This document shows positions 21,010 to 30,387 of a DNA stretch of 64,000 bases, in pieces. Position numbers and translations under genes: made by a program. This DNA is from an uncultured delta proteobacterium (GTDB taxonomy: Bacteria; Desulfobacterota; Binatia; DP-6), in assembly GCA_963815115.1 (NCBI GenBank), contig CAWFFN010000009.1:896001-960000 (forward strand). Reading direction: 5' to 3'. Under the pieces are notes generated by a model, which saw only the letters and a program-made list of their open reading frames with translations, did no database searches and had not been told where the DNA came from. Numbering within the stretch: the first letter of the stretch is position 1; each line of letters starts with the position of its first letter.

Positions 21010-23577
21010 ATGCCGACCGCGACGCGTCCGTCCCGCTTTCGCCTCGCGACGGACGTGCGGCCATCCGACTACCACCTCCACCTCGAGCCCGATCTCGACG
21101 CGGGCCGCTTTCGCGGCGAGGTGCGCATCGACCTGCGCCTCGAGCGCCCTCGAACGGAGGTCGTGCTGCACGCCGCGGACATGGCGATCGAGCACGCCGC
21201 GGCCGAGGTCGACGGCGCCGTCGTCCCGCTGCGCGCACGTCTCGACCGGCGCGACGAGACGGTGACCCTGCGGGCCGCGCGGCCGCTGCCCGCCGGCTCG
21301 GTGGCGCTCCGCCTGCGCTTCGCCGCCGCGCTGAACGCTCACCTGCGCGGCCTGTACGCCGCCAGCTCCGGGAGCGCGCGCTACGCCTTCACGCAGTGCG
21401 AGGCGGCCGATGCGCGGCGCATCCTGCCGTGCTTCGACGAGCCCGCCTTCAAGGCGCGCTTCCACGTCACCGTGACGGCGCGCGCCGGCGACACGGTGCT
21501 CGCGAATGCTCCGGTGGCGCGCGAGCAACCGCTGCCCGGCGGGCGGCAGGCCGTCCACTTCGAGCCGACGCCGCCGCTCTCCACCTACCTCCTGGCGCTG
21601 GCGGTCGGTCCGCTCGAGTCGAGCGAGCCCCGTCACGTCGGCTCGACTCCGATCCGCCTGTGGCACGTCCCCGGCAAGGGACACCTGGCGGCCTTCGGGC
21701 TGGAGGCGGCCGTGGAGGCCCTCGACCGCCTGGAGCGGTACTTCGGCATCCCCTATCCCTACGCGAAGCTGGACCTGGTCGCGGTGCCGGACTTCGAGGC
21801 CGGCGCGATGGAGAACGCGGGGGCGGTGTTCTTCCGGGAGACGCTGCTGCTGCTGGACCCCGAGACCGTATCGCTGCCCGAGCGCAAGCGAGCCGCCGAG
21901 GTGATCGCTCACGAGCTGGCGCACATGTGGTACGGCGACCTGGTCACCATGGCCTGGTGGGACGACCTCTGGCTGAACGAGGCCTTCGCCACCTGGATGG
22001 CCTACCGGGTGGTGAACGACTGGAAGCCCGAGTGGCGCATGTGGCAGAGCTTCGAGCACGACCGCGCCGGAGCGCTCGGCCTCGATGCGCTGGCGAGCAC
22101 GCATCCGATCTACGCGCCGGTACACAGCGTCGCCGAGGCGACCGAGAACTTCGACGTCATCACCTACGAGAAGGGTGCCGCGGTGGTCCGCATGCTCGAG
22201 CACTACCTCGGACCCGAGACGTTCCGGGACGGCGTCCGGCGCTACATGGAGCGCCACCGGGAGGCGAACGCGGTGGCGGCCGACCTGTGGCATGCACTCG
22301 CCGAGGCATCGGGTGCCGACGTCGCGCGGCTGGCGCAGGCCTGGATCGGACAGACGGGCTTCCCGCTGGTGACCCTCGCCCGTAACGGCCGCACGCTCCG
22401 CGTGCGGCAGGAACGGTTCTTCGCGGATCCCCGGGTGCCGGCGACGAAGCGGCGGCACCGCTGGCCGGTCCCGCTGGTGGTCCGGCTCGAGGGCAGCGGC
22501 CACCGGCTGACACGCGCGCTGGTCGAGAAGGCATCCGACACCATCGCGCTGCCGGCGCCCGCGCCCGCCTGGTGCTTCGGAAACGCCGCAGCGGGCGGCT
22601 TCTACCGGGTCCGCCACGACCCGGCGACGCAGGCGGCGCTGCACACGGCCCTGTCCGAGCTGGGTGCGGTCGAGCGCCTCGCCCTGGTGGGCGATCAGTG
22701 GGCGCTCGTGCGCGCCGATCGCGCCTCCGTGGAGTCGTTCCTGGACCTCGCCGGTGCGCTCGGCGAGGAGCCCGATCACGACGTGCTCGACGGCGTCGCC
22801 GGCGCGCTCGCGACCCTCGACGATCAGGTCGCGGAGCCGGACAGCGCCGTCCAGGGCGCGCTGCGTGCATGGATTGCCCGCCGCTTCGGTCCCGCCCTGA
22901 GCGCGCTCGGGTGGGTGCCGGCGCCCGGGGAAGCGGACGAGGTGCGGCTGCGGCGCGCCGCGCTGCTGCGCCTCGTCGGCGGTGTTGCCGAGGATCCCGC
23001 GGTGCTCGCCGAGTCGCGCAGCCGCGTCGACCTCTACCTCGCCGATCGCGGCTCGCTCGAGCCCAACCTCGCAGACACGGTCGTCGCACTGGCCGCCCGG
23101 CTCGGAGATCCGGCGCTCTACGAGCGCTACCGCGCCGTGGCGGCCGATGCCCGCACGCCGCAGGAGCAGCGCCGGTTTCTCTTGAACCGCGCGTCCTTCC
23201 GCCAGCGCGAGAGCATCGACCGGACGCTCGCCGCGCTCCTGACGGCCGAGATCCCCACCCAGGACGTCGCCTTCCTGCTGATGCGGATGTTCGGCAATCC
23301 GAAGGGCCGGGAGGAGGCGTGGCGCTTTCTGCGCCGTCGCTGGGCGGCGCTGCGCAAGCGCATCCCGCCCCTCATGATGGCCCGCCTGGTCGAGGCGACG
23401 CCCGCGCTGCGCACCCCCCGCCACGCCAGCGAGGTGCGGGCGTTCTTCCGCGCCCACCCGCTGCCCGAGGCGGCGCGCGCGCTGCGCCAGGCGCTCGAGC
23501 GCTTCCGCCTGAACGCCGAGCTTCGCCGGCGCACGGCGCCGGGAGTGCAACGCTGGCTGGCGCGACGGGCGGCATGA
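21010..23577 (+). CDS. pepN: M1 family aminopeptidase with ERAP1-like C-terminal domain
   Basis: ARRILPCFDEP, GAMEN, HELAH...LWLNEAFA, YEKGA. Confidence 0.92.
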   Translation: MPTATRPSRFRLATDVRPSDYHLHLEPDLDAGRFRGEVRIDLRLERPRTEVVLHAADMAIEHAAAEVDGAVVPLRARLDRRDETVTLRAARPLPAGSVALRLRFAAALNAHLRGLYAASSGSARYAFTQCEAADARRILPCFDEPAFKARFHVTVTARAGDTVLANAPVAREQPLPGGRQAVHFEPTPPLSTYLLALAVGPLESSEPRHVGSTPIRLWHVPGKGHLAAFGLEAAVEALDRLERYFGIPYPYAKLDLVAVPDFEAGAMENAGAVFFRETLLLLDPETVSLPERKRAAEVIAHELAHMWYGDLVTMAWWDDLWLNEAFATWMAYRVVNDWKPEWRMWQSFEHDRAGALGLDALASTHPIYAPVHSVAEATENFDVITYEKGAAVVRMLEHYLGPETFRDGVRRYMERHREANAVAADLWHALAEASGADVARLAQAWIGQTGFPLVTLARNGRTLRVRQERFFADPRVPATKRRHRWPVPLVVRLEGSGHRLTRALVEKASDTIALPAPAPAWCFGNAAAGGFYRVRHDPATQAALHTALSELGAVERLALVGDQWALVRADRASVESFLDLAGALGEEPDHDVLDGVAGALATLDDQVAEPDSAVQGALRAWIARRFGPALSALGWVPAPGEADEVRLRRAALLRLVGGVAEDPAVLAESRSRVDLYLADRGSLEPNLADTVVALAARLGDPALYERYRAVAADARTPQEQRRFLLNRASFRQRESIDRTLAALLTAEIPTQDVAFLLMRMFGNPKGREEAWRFLRRRWAALRKRIPPLMMARLVEATPALRTPRHASEVRAFFRAHPLPEAARALRQALERFRLNAELRRRTAPGVQRWLARRAA

Positions 23578-24212
23578 GCCGCCGGCCGTCCGGCGTGGCC
23601 GCGGTGGTCGTCGCGCTGCTGGCGGCCACCTCGGTCCTCGCCAATCCGGTGGCGGTTCCGTGGCCGGTGCTGCGCGCGCTGCGCGCCGCCAGCGTCGTGG
23701 TGCTGCCGGCCGAATGTGGCGGCGTCTTGACGACGACCCCGGAGCTGGTCGCCACGGCGCTGCACTGCATCGACCGCGGGGCGGCGCTGCACGTGCGGAC
23801 GGCGGACGGCGGCGTGCTCGGCGCGCATCTCGAGGCGATCGACAGCGACGCCGATCAGGCGGTGCTGCGCCTCATGCGCCCGCTCGCCGCGACCCCGCTC
23901 GAGATCGCGCGGCGCGCGCCCATCGATGGGACGGTGGTCTACTTCGAAGGCAACCCGCGGCGACCGCGGCCCCAGGACGCGCGCATCGATCGGCGCGGGC
24001 GGTGCGAATCGCTGCCGCGCCTGCCGGACGCGCTCTTCACCAGCCTGCGTGGCGAGCCCGGCGATTCGGGATCGCCGCTGGTCGACGGCGCCGCGCGCAT
24101 CGTCGGGCTGGTTCACGGCGGCGCGCGCTGCCAGATCGCCACGCCGGCCACCCGGCTCGCCCGGCTGGTCGATCGCGTCCTCGGCCGCCTCACCGTGACC
24201 CCGGCGGGGTAA
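23574..24212 (+). CDS. exported trypsin-like serine protease
   Basis: TALHC (His), DQAVL (Asp), GDSGSP (Ser); ATGA overlap with pepN. Confidence 0.85.
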   Translation: MSRRPSGVAAVVVALLAATSVLANPVAVPWPVLRALRAASVVVLPAECGGVLTTTPELVATALHCIDRGAALHVRTADGGVLGAHLEAIDSDADQAVLRLMRPLAATPLEIARRAPIDGTVVYFEGNPRRPRPQDARIDRRGRCESLPRLPDALFTSLRGEPGDSGSPLVDGAARIVGLVHGGARCQIATPATRLARLVDRVLGRLTVTPAG

Positions 24213-24218
24213 GGGCGC

Positions 24219-24495
24219 GACCCGAGACTCCGTCTCGGGTCGAAAGCGGAGGCGAGTGTGTGGCGTTCGGTGGATCGGGCGAACGCCGTGCCGCGGCCGG
24301 CGAAGCCGGCGCGGCAAAACGAGCACGCAGCCTCCGGCCCAGGCCGTCTGCGCCCCCGCAAGCATGCCGTGCGAGCTACGGGGTCGTGCTCCGAAACGCC
24401 TGCCGCGGCGGCTTCGCCGCCCGCGGCACGACGTCCGCACGGTTCATCGGGTTCCATTCTCGCTCTCCCCCTGACCCGAGACGGAGTCTCGGGTC
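24219..24495. repeat. REPIN/MITE-like nested inverted-repeat element
   Basis: Perfect 23-bp inverted termini GACCCGAGACTCCGTCTCGGGTC (24219-24241) and GACCCGAGACGGAGTCTCGGGTC (24473-24495), each itself a hairpin; inner 50-nt arms 24267-24316 and 24401-24450 pair. Confidence 0.8.
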
Positions 24496-24497
24496 AC

Positions 24498-25286
24498 TCA
24501 TCCGAGGGCGAGCCAGAGCAGAACGGCGATCCCGGCGGCGATCCGGTACCACCCGAACGGCCGCAGCGTGTGGGTCTGCACGAAGCGGAGGAAGGCGCGG
24601 ATGACGATCAGCGCGCTCACGAAGGCGGCCACGAAGCCGACGGCGAGCGCGGCCGCGGCCGCGGGATCGATCTCGTGCCGCCCCTTCCAGAGCGAGAACA
24701 GGCAGGCGGCGTACATCGTCGGCATGGCGAGGAAGAAGGAGAACTCCGTGGCCGCTTTGCGACCGAGCCCGGCGACGAGCCCGGTCACGATGGTGGCGCC
24801 GGCGCGCGACACGCCGGGCACCAGCGACAGCATCTGCCCGAGCCCGATGGCGATCGCCTGTCCGAGCGTGACGTCCTCGGCAGCACCCACGCCGCCGCGG
24901 CGGTTCGGGCCGTCGAGCAGGAGGATCAGCACGCCGCCGACGATGAGGCTCCCCGCCACGGTGCCGGCGCGGAAGAGGTGCTCCTCGATCCAGTGATGCG
25001 CGAGCAGCCCGACGACGGCGGCCGGAAGGAAGGCGATGAAGACACGCACCAGGAAACGCCGCGCCGGTCCCGGGGTCGCGCTCTCGGTCGCGAGCCGAAG
25101 CAGGCGTTCGCGATAGGCCCAGGTGAGCGCGACGATCGCGCCGAGCTGGATGAAGATCTCGAAGGTGGGCGAGCCCCAGCCGAGCGCCTGCCCGGCGACG
25201 ATCAGGTGGCCCGTCGAGGAGACCGGGATGAACTCGGTGAGTCCCTCGACGACGCCGAGGAACGCGGCCTTGAGCAGGGCGATCAT
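24498..25286 (-). CDS. uppP: undecaprenyl-diphosphate phosphatase
   Basis: LGVVEGLTEFIPVSSTGH, IQLGAI, PGVSRAGATI, TEFSFFLAMP, PFGWYR. Confidence 0.95.
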   Translation of the reverse strand: MIALLKAAFLGVVEGLTEFIPVSSTGHLIVAGQALGWGSPTFEIFIQLGAIVALTWAYRERLLRLATESATPGPARRFLVRVFIAFLPAAVVGLLAHHWIEEHLFRAGTVAGSLIVGGVLILLLDGPNRRGGVGAAEDVTLGQAIAIGLGQMLSLVPGVSRAGATIVTGLVAGLGRKAATEFSFFLAMPTMYAACLFSLWKGRHEIDPAAAAALAVGFVAAFVSALIVIRAFLRFVQTHTLRPFGWYRIAAGIAVLLWLALG

Positions 25287-25365
25287 CGAGAGGGGACGTG
25301 AGGGATCGGAGGTGGCCCGAAGCGGCCGGCCTCCGGCCGCACGAGGGAGCCTGAGCCCGAGAACC

Positions 25366-25569
25366 TCACGCGGTCCGTACCGCCCCGGGAACGAGCCCAG
25401 CCATGAAGCACATATTGGCACGGACCCCCCCGAGCAGGAAACCGAGGACGCCGATGGAGCGCTCGTGCCCGAGCGCCGTGATGGCTTCGGCGGTGCTCGG
25501 CGGAGGCGGCGCTGCCGGCCGCCGTGTCTCCCTGCCGACGCGTCGCTCCAACGCTTTTCCTCTTGCCAA
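25366..25569 (-). CDS. putative small protein (67 aa)
   Basis: TTG start after AAGGAAG, downstream of a sigma70-like promoter; no recognisable motif. Confidence 0.3.
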   Translation of the reverse strand: MARGKALERRVGRETRRPAAPPPPSTAEAITALGHERSIGVLGFLLGGVRANMCFMAGLVPGAVRTA

Positions 25570-25592
25570 ACCGACACTTCCTTGCCATTTAG

Positions 25593-25626
25593 AGTCGATA
25601 GCTGGTAACTGATACTGTCAAGACAG
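25593..25626 (-). promoter_or_regulatory. sigma70-like promoter with CTGTC-AA-GACAG inverted repeat
   Basis: AT-rich patch; minus strand reads TTGACAGTATCAGTTACCAGCTATCGACT; the -35 hexamer lies within a palindrome. Confidence 0.45.
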
Positions 25627-25902
25627 CAATAGTATGATGTGGCTGTCCGTGTCGTGAGAGCCTCGGCGAACGGGCCGCTCGGGTGGCCGCGGGGGAACTC
25701 GAATCGACTGAGACGGGGAAGTGCAAAGTCACCCACGATTGGAAGCGTTCGGTCTGCGGCGAACAGCGGCTCGCGCTCGCCCGTCTGGCTGGCTGGACAC
25801 CGGCAGCTCACTCGAGCCCACATCTCCGCGCGGAGGTGAGCGTGTCTCCGGGTGCTCCGGCGCCCGACGAGGCCGGCGCGAGGCGTGCCGCGCGCTGCCG
25901 CG

Positions 25903-28900
25903 ATGAGTCCGACAGCGTCCGCGGGCGGGGCAAACGGGGGGCGAGAGCCCCGATCACGACTCGTTCGCTCTGTCCTGGGGGTCCTGGCCCTCGCCGCGAT
26001 CGCCGCCGTCGTCGGGACGGGGCTCTGGGCAGGAAGGACCCGGCCGCCGCTCCTGACGCCGGCAGCTCCGAACGCGATGGTCAGCCTGCAGCTGGCGCGC
26101 AGCAGCCGCGAAGCGAACGGGATCAAGCGGGAGTGGCAAGGCGCTTGCCTGCCGCAGGCCGGCCCCGAGGAGGAGCAGATCGACCAGCAGTGGGCGCTCC
26201 TCTGCCAGGCGGGGAGCGTCGCGGACGTGCGGCGGATCGTGCACGCGTGGACCCGGCCGCCGTTCTGCCTCCTCCGCAGCGCCGCCGAAGCGAAACGGAT
26301 CGTCGAGGGGTGGAAGCCCCTGGCACACGGCGTCGCCAAGGCGTGGCAGCGCGGCCACCGATGCCGGCTTCGGTGCGTGGCGTGCAGCCCTGCCACCCCC
26401 GATCCGGGCGCCAACGACTGTGGCGGCCCCTGCTCCGCGTGCATGAACGTCGACGCGCCGGCACGCTCCGGCCAGCTCAAGAGCGTCACCGGAGCCAGAC
26501 ACATCGCGAGCCAGTGGCGGAGTCTCTGCGGTGCCCAGACTCCCTCTGCGGCAACCAGGACCAACGAGGAATGGACGGCGCTTCGCGCCTCGACCGGTTG
26601 CGACCTCGGCTCCGACGAGGGTCGACTCGGATTCGCGCGCTGCAATCTCCGGCGCGACGACCGATTCGTCCTCGTCTACACCGCATCGCTCGTCTTCCTC
26701 GCGTTCCTGTTCCTGCGCGCGGTGTCGGCCCCGCTGTCGCTCGCGGTGGGTGTCGCGCTCGTCGCCGTCGCGGCGGGCCTGTGCGACTGGGCGGAGAACC
26801 GGCTGCTCGCGCAGTTCCTCGGATTCGAGGGACGGCCGGCATGGCTCGAGCGACTGGGAGCTCACGGCGTCACCTTGACCAGGACCGTCTCGCAAACGAA
26901 GTGGGGTCTCCTGCTCCTGGCCGGGCTCGCCGTGCTCACGGCTGGAGCTGCCGCGCTCCGGCGGTGGTGGCATCAGCTCGAGCCCGATTCGAAGGTCCGC
27001 AAGTGCTTCAAGGACCTCGCCGAGACCGAGGGCGCGCACATCTTCAGCGAGAGCGGGCGCACCGGCTATCCGGACGTGCTCCGCGTCGCCAAGGGACCGT
27101 CCGCCGAGCCGTGGGTGTCCTTCCGGAGCCGCGACATCATCGGGCTGGCGCTCTCGGGCGGCGGGATCCGGAGCGCGACGTTCAACCTCGGCCTGCTGAC
27201 CGGCCTGAACAAGCTCAATATCCTCGGGAAGATCGACTACCTCGCGACGGTCTCGGGCGGAGGTTACCTGGGCAGCTTCTGGACCGCCTGGCTCGCGCAC
27301 CAGAAGGGCCGCCGCATACTCTGGCCGGACGGCAACGGGCTCGAAACCGGTCCGGTGCGCCACCTGAGGGAGTTCAGTCGCTTCCTGGCGACGCGGCGCG
27401 GGTTCTTCGAAGCCGAGATGTGGGAGGCGATCGTCGCCGTCGTGGCGGGTCTGATTCCCGCTTTCGCGGCCGCGGCATCGGTGATCGGGCTCGCCCTGGT
27501 CTTCTGGCTCGGGACCAACTTCTTTCTCGCCTGCCCGGAACCGTGGGCGGGGATGGCCGCCGTTCTCGTGCTGACCGGGTACGTGCTCCGGCGGTTCGAG
27601 CTGGAGTGGGCTGCGGGCGACCCCGTCGATCCGGCCGACGCGGACGTGAGCCGGCGCGTCAACATCGGGGTCGCACTGGTCGCGCTCGGGCTGAGCCTGT
27701 GGTTCGCGTGGTGGCTCATTCATCGCCTCCCGCAGGTGACGTGGTGGAGCCTCGACGGTGCGTCGGGCTGGAGCCCGCCCCTGGCACGCTCCTACGAGAC
27801 CTGGTGGCGGCTCACCGGGATCGAGCGGACGGAGAATGCTCGGGCGTGGTTCTGGAGTCCACGCCTCTACGACCTGGCGCTGGTCTGGCTCCTGGCCGGC
27901 GGCGTCCTGCTCGCGATGCGCGCGCCGTTCGCCGTGATCGCTCGCCGCGGGGAGCGCGACCGGGTCTGGGGTCCGGCATTCGATCGCGTCGTCATGCGGC
28001 TCCTCGGCAGTGCGGTGGCCTGGGCCGCCGTCGCCACGCTGTGGCACGTCAGCGTCAACTTCCTGCCGCTGGCCAAGCGCATGACGGTCGCCTCGCTGTT
28101 CTCGGCGGGCCTGTTCGCGGCACTCCGAAACTGGATCGGGGTCGCCCTCCGCTCGGGGACGCAGGCGGGCACCCTGGATCGCCTGAAGCCCTACATTCCG
28201 CAGGCGCTCGCCTACCTGACCGTGGCACTGCTCGTCGCCGGCGTGGGGAGCGTGGAGATCAGCCTGGGCGGCAGCGACTGGATGGCGTGGTTCGGGCTCG
28301 CCGCCGCGATGGCGTTCGCGATCGGGGTGATGACGCTCCTCGACCCTGGCGAGATCGGGCTACATTCGTTCTACCGGGACCGCATCGTGCGCGCGTACTC
28401 CGGCGCCTCCAACCCGGACTCCGGAGGGGACCCCGAGGACAACCGCCAGACCGACCGGCGCGCCAAGGACGATCTCCACCTCGAAGACCTGCCGGTCTGG
28501 CCGCTGCATCTCGTCTGCTGCGCGGCCAACGATCTGCACGCGGACCCGATCGGGACGCTGGGACGGGGCGCGCGCAGCGCCGTGCTTTCCCGCCACGGCA
28601 TCGCCTTGGCCGACGGCTGGGAGCCACCGCCGACCTGGGTCACGCTCGGCGGCGCGGTCACCGCGTCGGCCGCGGCGTTCAACTCGAACATGGGCGGCGT
28701 CTCGATGAGCGTCGGCCCGGTGGTCTCGTTCCTGATGGCGACGCTCAATCTGCGACTCGGGCTCTGGGTCCCCAATCCCCGCGGCCCGGCACGCACGCGG
28801 ATGCGCGTGCTGCCCGGGGTGCTCTTCTTCCGCGAGATGTTCGCGCTGACGCTGGCGGACGACCAGGAACCGGAGATCCACCTCTCGGACGGCGGGCACT

Positions 28901-30324
28901 TCGAGAACCTCGCGCTCTACGAGCTGGTACGGCGCCACTGCCGTTACATCGTGGTGTCCGATTGCGGCGAGGATCCGAACGTCGCGTTCGAGGACTTCGG
29001 CAACGCGGCCCGCCGCATCCGGGAGGACTTCGGCGTCGACATCGACGTCGACCTGGGCGCACTCCGTCCGAGCCCGGAGCGCCGCTCGCGGCAGCACGCG
29101 GTGGTCGGCACCATCCACTACTCGCCCTTCGACAAGGGGATCCTGATCTACGTGAAGCCGACCCTCACCGGCGACGAGCCGCCGGACATCTTGCAGTACG
29201 CCACCGCCAACCATCAGTTCCCACACGAGCCGACCAGCGATCAGTTCTACGACGAGGCGCAATGGGAGTCGTACCGCGCGCTGGGCGAGCACACGGCCTG
29301 TACGGTGTTTGGCTTCGTCGACCGCCATCGAGGCGGCCCGCCGTCCGCCGACTGGATCTTCACCACCGCACGCCAGGAGTGGTATCCGACCCCGCCCGAT
29401 CTCCCGGCCCGCGTTCTGAAGATGACCGAGCGCTTCGGCGCCATCGAGTCGGAGATCCGTAGCGAGGGCGCCGCAACGATGCTCGTCGAGGTGTTCCCCG
29501 AGCTCCAGATCCTCGCCGGATCACCGGCATCGCCGCGGGCGACGGTGGCCGACGACCAGGGACACGCCGCCAATCTCGCCTGCCTTCTGCGCGTGAGCCA
29601 GCTCATGGAGGACGTCTGGACGTACTGCGAGCTCGACGCCTTCTGGAACCACCCGCTGAACCTCGGGTGGGTGAACTGCTTCGCCCGCTGGGCGTCGGCC
29701 CCGACGTTCCGCATGTGGTGGCCGCTGATCCGTCCGATGTACGGCGTCGAGTTCCAGCGCTTCATGCAGGAGCGGTTCCCGGTGCTCGACCGCCAGGAGG
29801 CGCACCCGGGGACGGTGGCTGGCCCGACACCGGCGATCCCCGACGGCCTGTCGAAGGAATGGTGGGAGCAGCGCCACGCGCCCGCTCCGGTGATGGTGGA
29901 CGCCGTGGGCCAAGCGAAGAAAGCCTACGAGTACCGGCTCGAGCTTCCCGGGCCGGACGACGCGAGCGCGATCCCCATGCAGCTCGGCCTGGTTCTCGTT
30001 CGGCAGATGACGGACGGCGAAGGCGGCGACTGGCTCTGGTGGACGAGCGACGACTTCTTCGTTCCGCCCAGCCTCTGGGGCGCCGGCATCGGAGGCACCT
30101 TCCTCGCTCAGCTTCTGAAGAGGATCCAAGCCGAGCAGAAGATCCACCGTCTCGAGGTATTCGTGAAGGCGCCGCAGCGTCAGAACGACGCCGGCTCGTG
30201 GGCGGATCGCGTGGGGTTCGTCGAGTTCTACAAGGCCCACGGGTTCTGCATCGCCAGCCCGGAGGTCGATCGCCTGCCCGACGGCCAGGTGGATCGCGCA
30301 GTCAAGCTCGCGCTGAAGCTCTGA
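25903..30324 (+). CDS. large membrane patatin/cPLA2-like phospholipase with C-terminal GNAT-like domain
   Basis: GLALSGGGIRSA (oxyanion), TVSGGGY (Ser), LSDGGHFEN (Asp), many TM segments, C-terminal FFVPPSLWGAGIG...VEFYKAHGF. Confidence 0.8.
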   Translation: MSPTASAGGANGGREPRSRLVRSVLGVLALAAIAAVVGTGLWAGRTRPPLLTPAAPNAMVSLQLARSSREANGIKREWQGACLPQAGPEEEQIDQQWALLCQAGSVADVRRIVHAWTRPPFCLLRSAAEAKRIVEGWKPLAHGVAKAWQRGHRCRLRCVACSPATPDPGANDCGGPCSACMNVDAPARSGQLKSVTGARHIASQWRSLCGAQTPSAATRTNEEWTALRASTGCDLGSDEGRLGFARCNLRRDDRFVLVYTASLVFLAFLFLRAVSAPLSLAVGVALVAVAAGLCDWAENRLLAQFLGFEGRPAWLERLGAHGVTLTRTVSQTKWGLLLLAGLAVLTAGAAALRRWWHQLEPDSKVRKCFKDLAETEGAHIFSESGRTGYPDVLRVAKGPSAEPWVSFRSRDIIGLALSGGGIRSATFNLGLLTGLNKLNILGKIDYLATVSGGGYLGSFWTAWLAHQKGRRILWPDGNGLETGPVRHLREFSRFLATRRGFFEAEMWEAIVAVVAGLIPAFAAAASVIGLALVFWLGTNFFLACPEPWAGMAAVLVLTGYVLRRFELEWAAGDPVDPADADVSRRVNIGVALVALGLSLWFAWWLIHRLPQVTWWSLDGASGWSPPLARSYETWWRLTGIERTENARAWFWSPRLYDLALVWLLAGGVLLAMRAPFAVIARRGERDRVWGPAFDRVVMRLLGSAVAWAAVATLWHVSVNFLPLAKRMTVASLFSAGLFAALRNWIGVALRSGTQAGTLDRLKPYIPQALAYLTVALLVAGVGSVEISLGGSDWMAWFGLAAAMAFAIGVMTLLDPGEIGLHSFYRDRIVRAYSGASNPDSGGDPEDNRQTDRRAKDDLHLEDLPVWPLHLVCCAANDLHADPIGTLGRGARSAVLSRHGIALADGWEPPPTWVTLGGAVTASAAAFNSNMGGVSMSVGPVVSFLMATLNLRLGLWVPNPRGPARTRMRVLPGVLFFREMFALTLADDQEPEIHLSDGGHFENLALYELVRRHCRYIVVSDCGEDPNVAFEDFGNAARRIREDFGVDIDVDLGALRPSPERRSRQHAVVGTIHYSPFDKGILIYVKPTLTGDEPPDILQYATANHQFPHEPTSDQFYDEAQWESYRALGEHTACTVFGFVDRHRGGPPSADWIFTTARQEWYPTPPDLPARVLKMTERFGAIESEIRSEGAATMLVEVFPELQILAGSPASPRATVADDQGHAANLACLLRVSQLMEDVWTYCELDAFWNHPLNLGWVNCFARWASAPTFRMWWPLIRPMYGVEFQRFMQERFPVLDRQEAHPGTVAGPTPAIPDGLSKEWWEQRHAPAPVMVDAVGQAKKAYEYRLELPGPDDASAIPMQLGLVLVRQMTDGEGGDWLWWTSDDFFVPPSLWGAGIGGTFLAQLLKRIQAEQKIHRLEVFVKAPQRQNDAGSWADRVGFVEFYKAHGFCIASPEVDRLPDGQVDRAVKLALKL

Positions 30325-30387
30325 GCCGCGGCCTCGTCCTCACGCCGTCCGACGTCTGCGGACACGCGATCCCGCGCGACGGGCCAG

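Noticed and set aside
24219-24495. Possible CRISPR mini-array from the two 23-bp palindromes
   Set aside because: Only two copies, inverted rather than direct, about 230 bp apart, and no cas genes
25640-25900. Possible riboswitch upstream of the large lipase gene
   Set aside because: No recognisable aptamer consensus by eye; needs an Infernal scan
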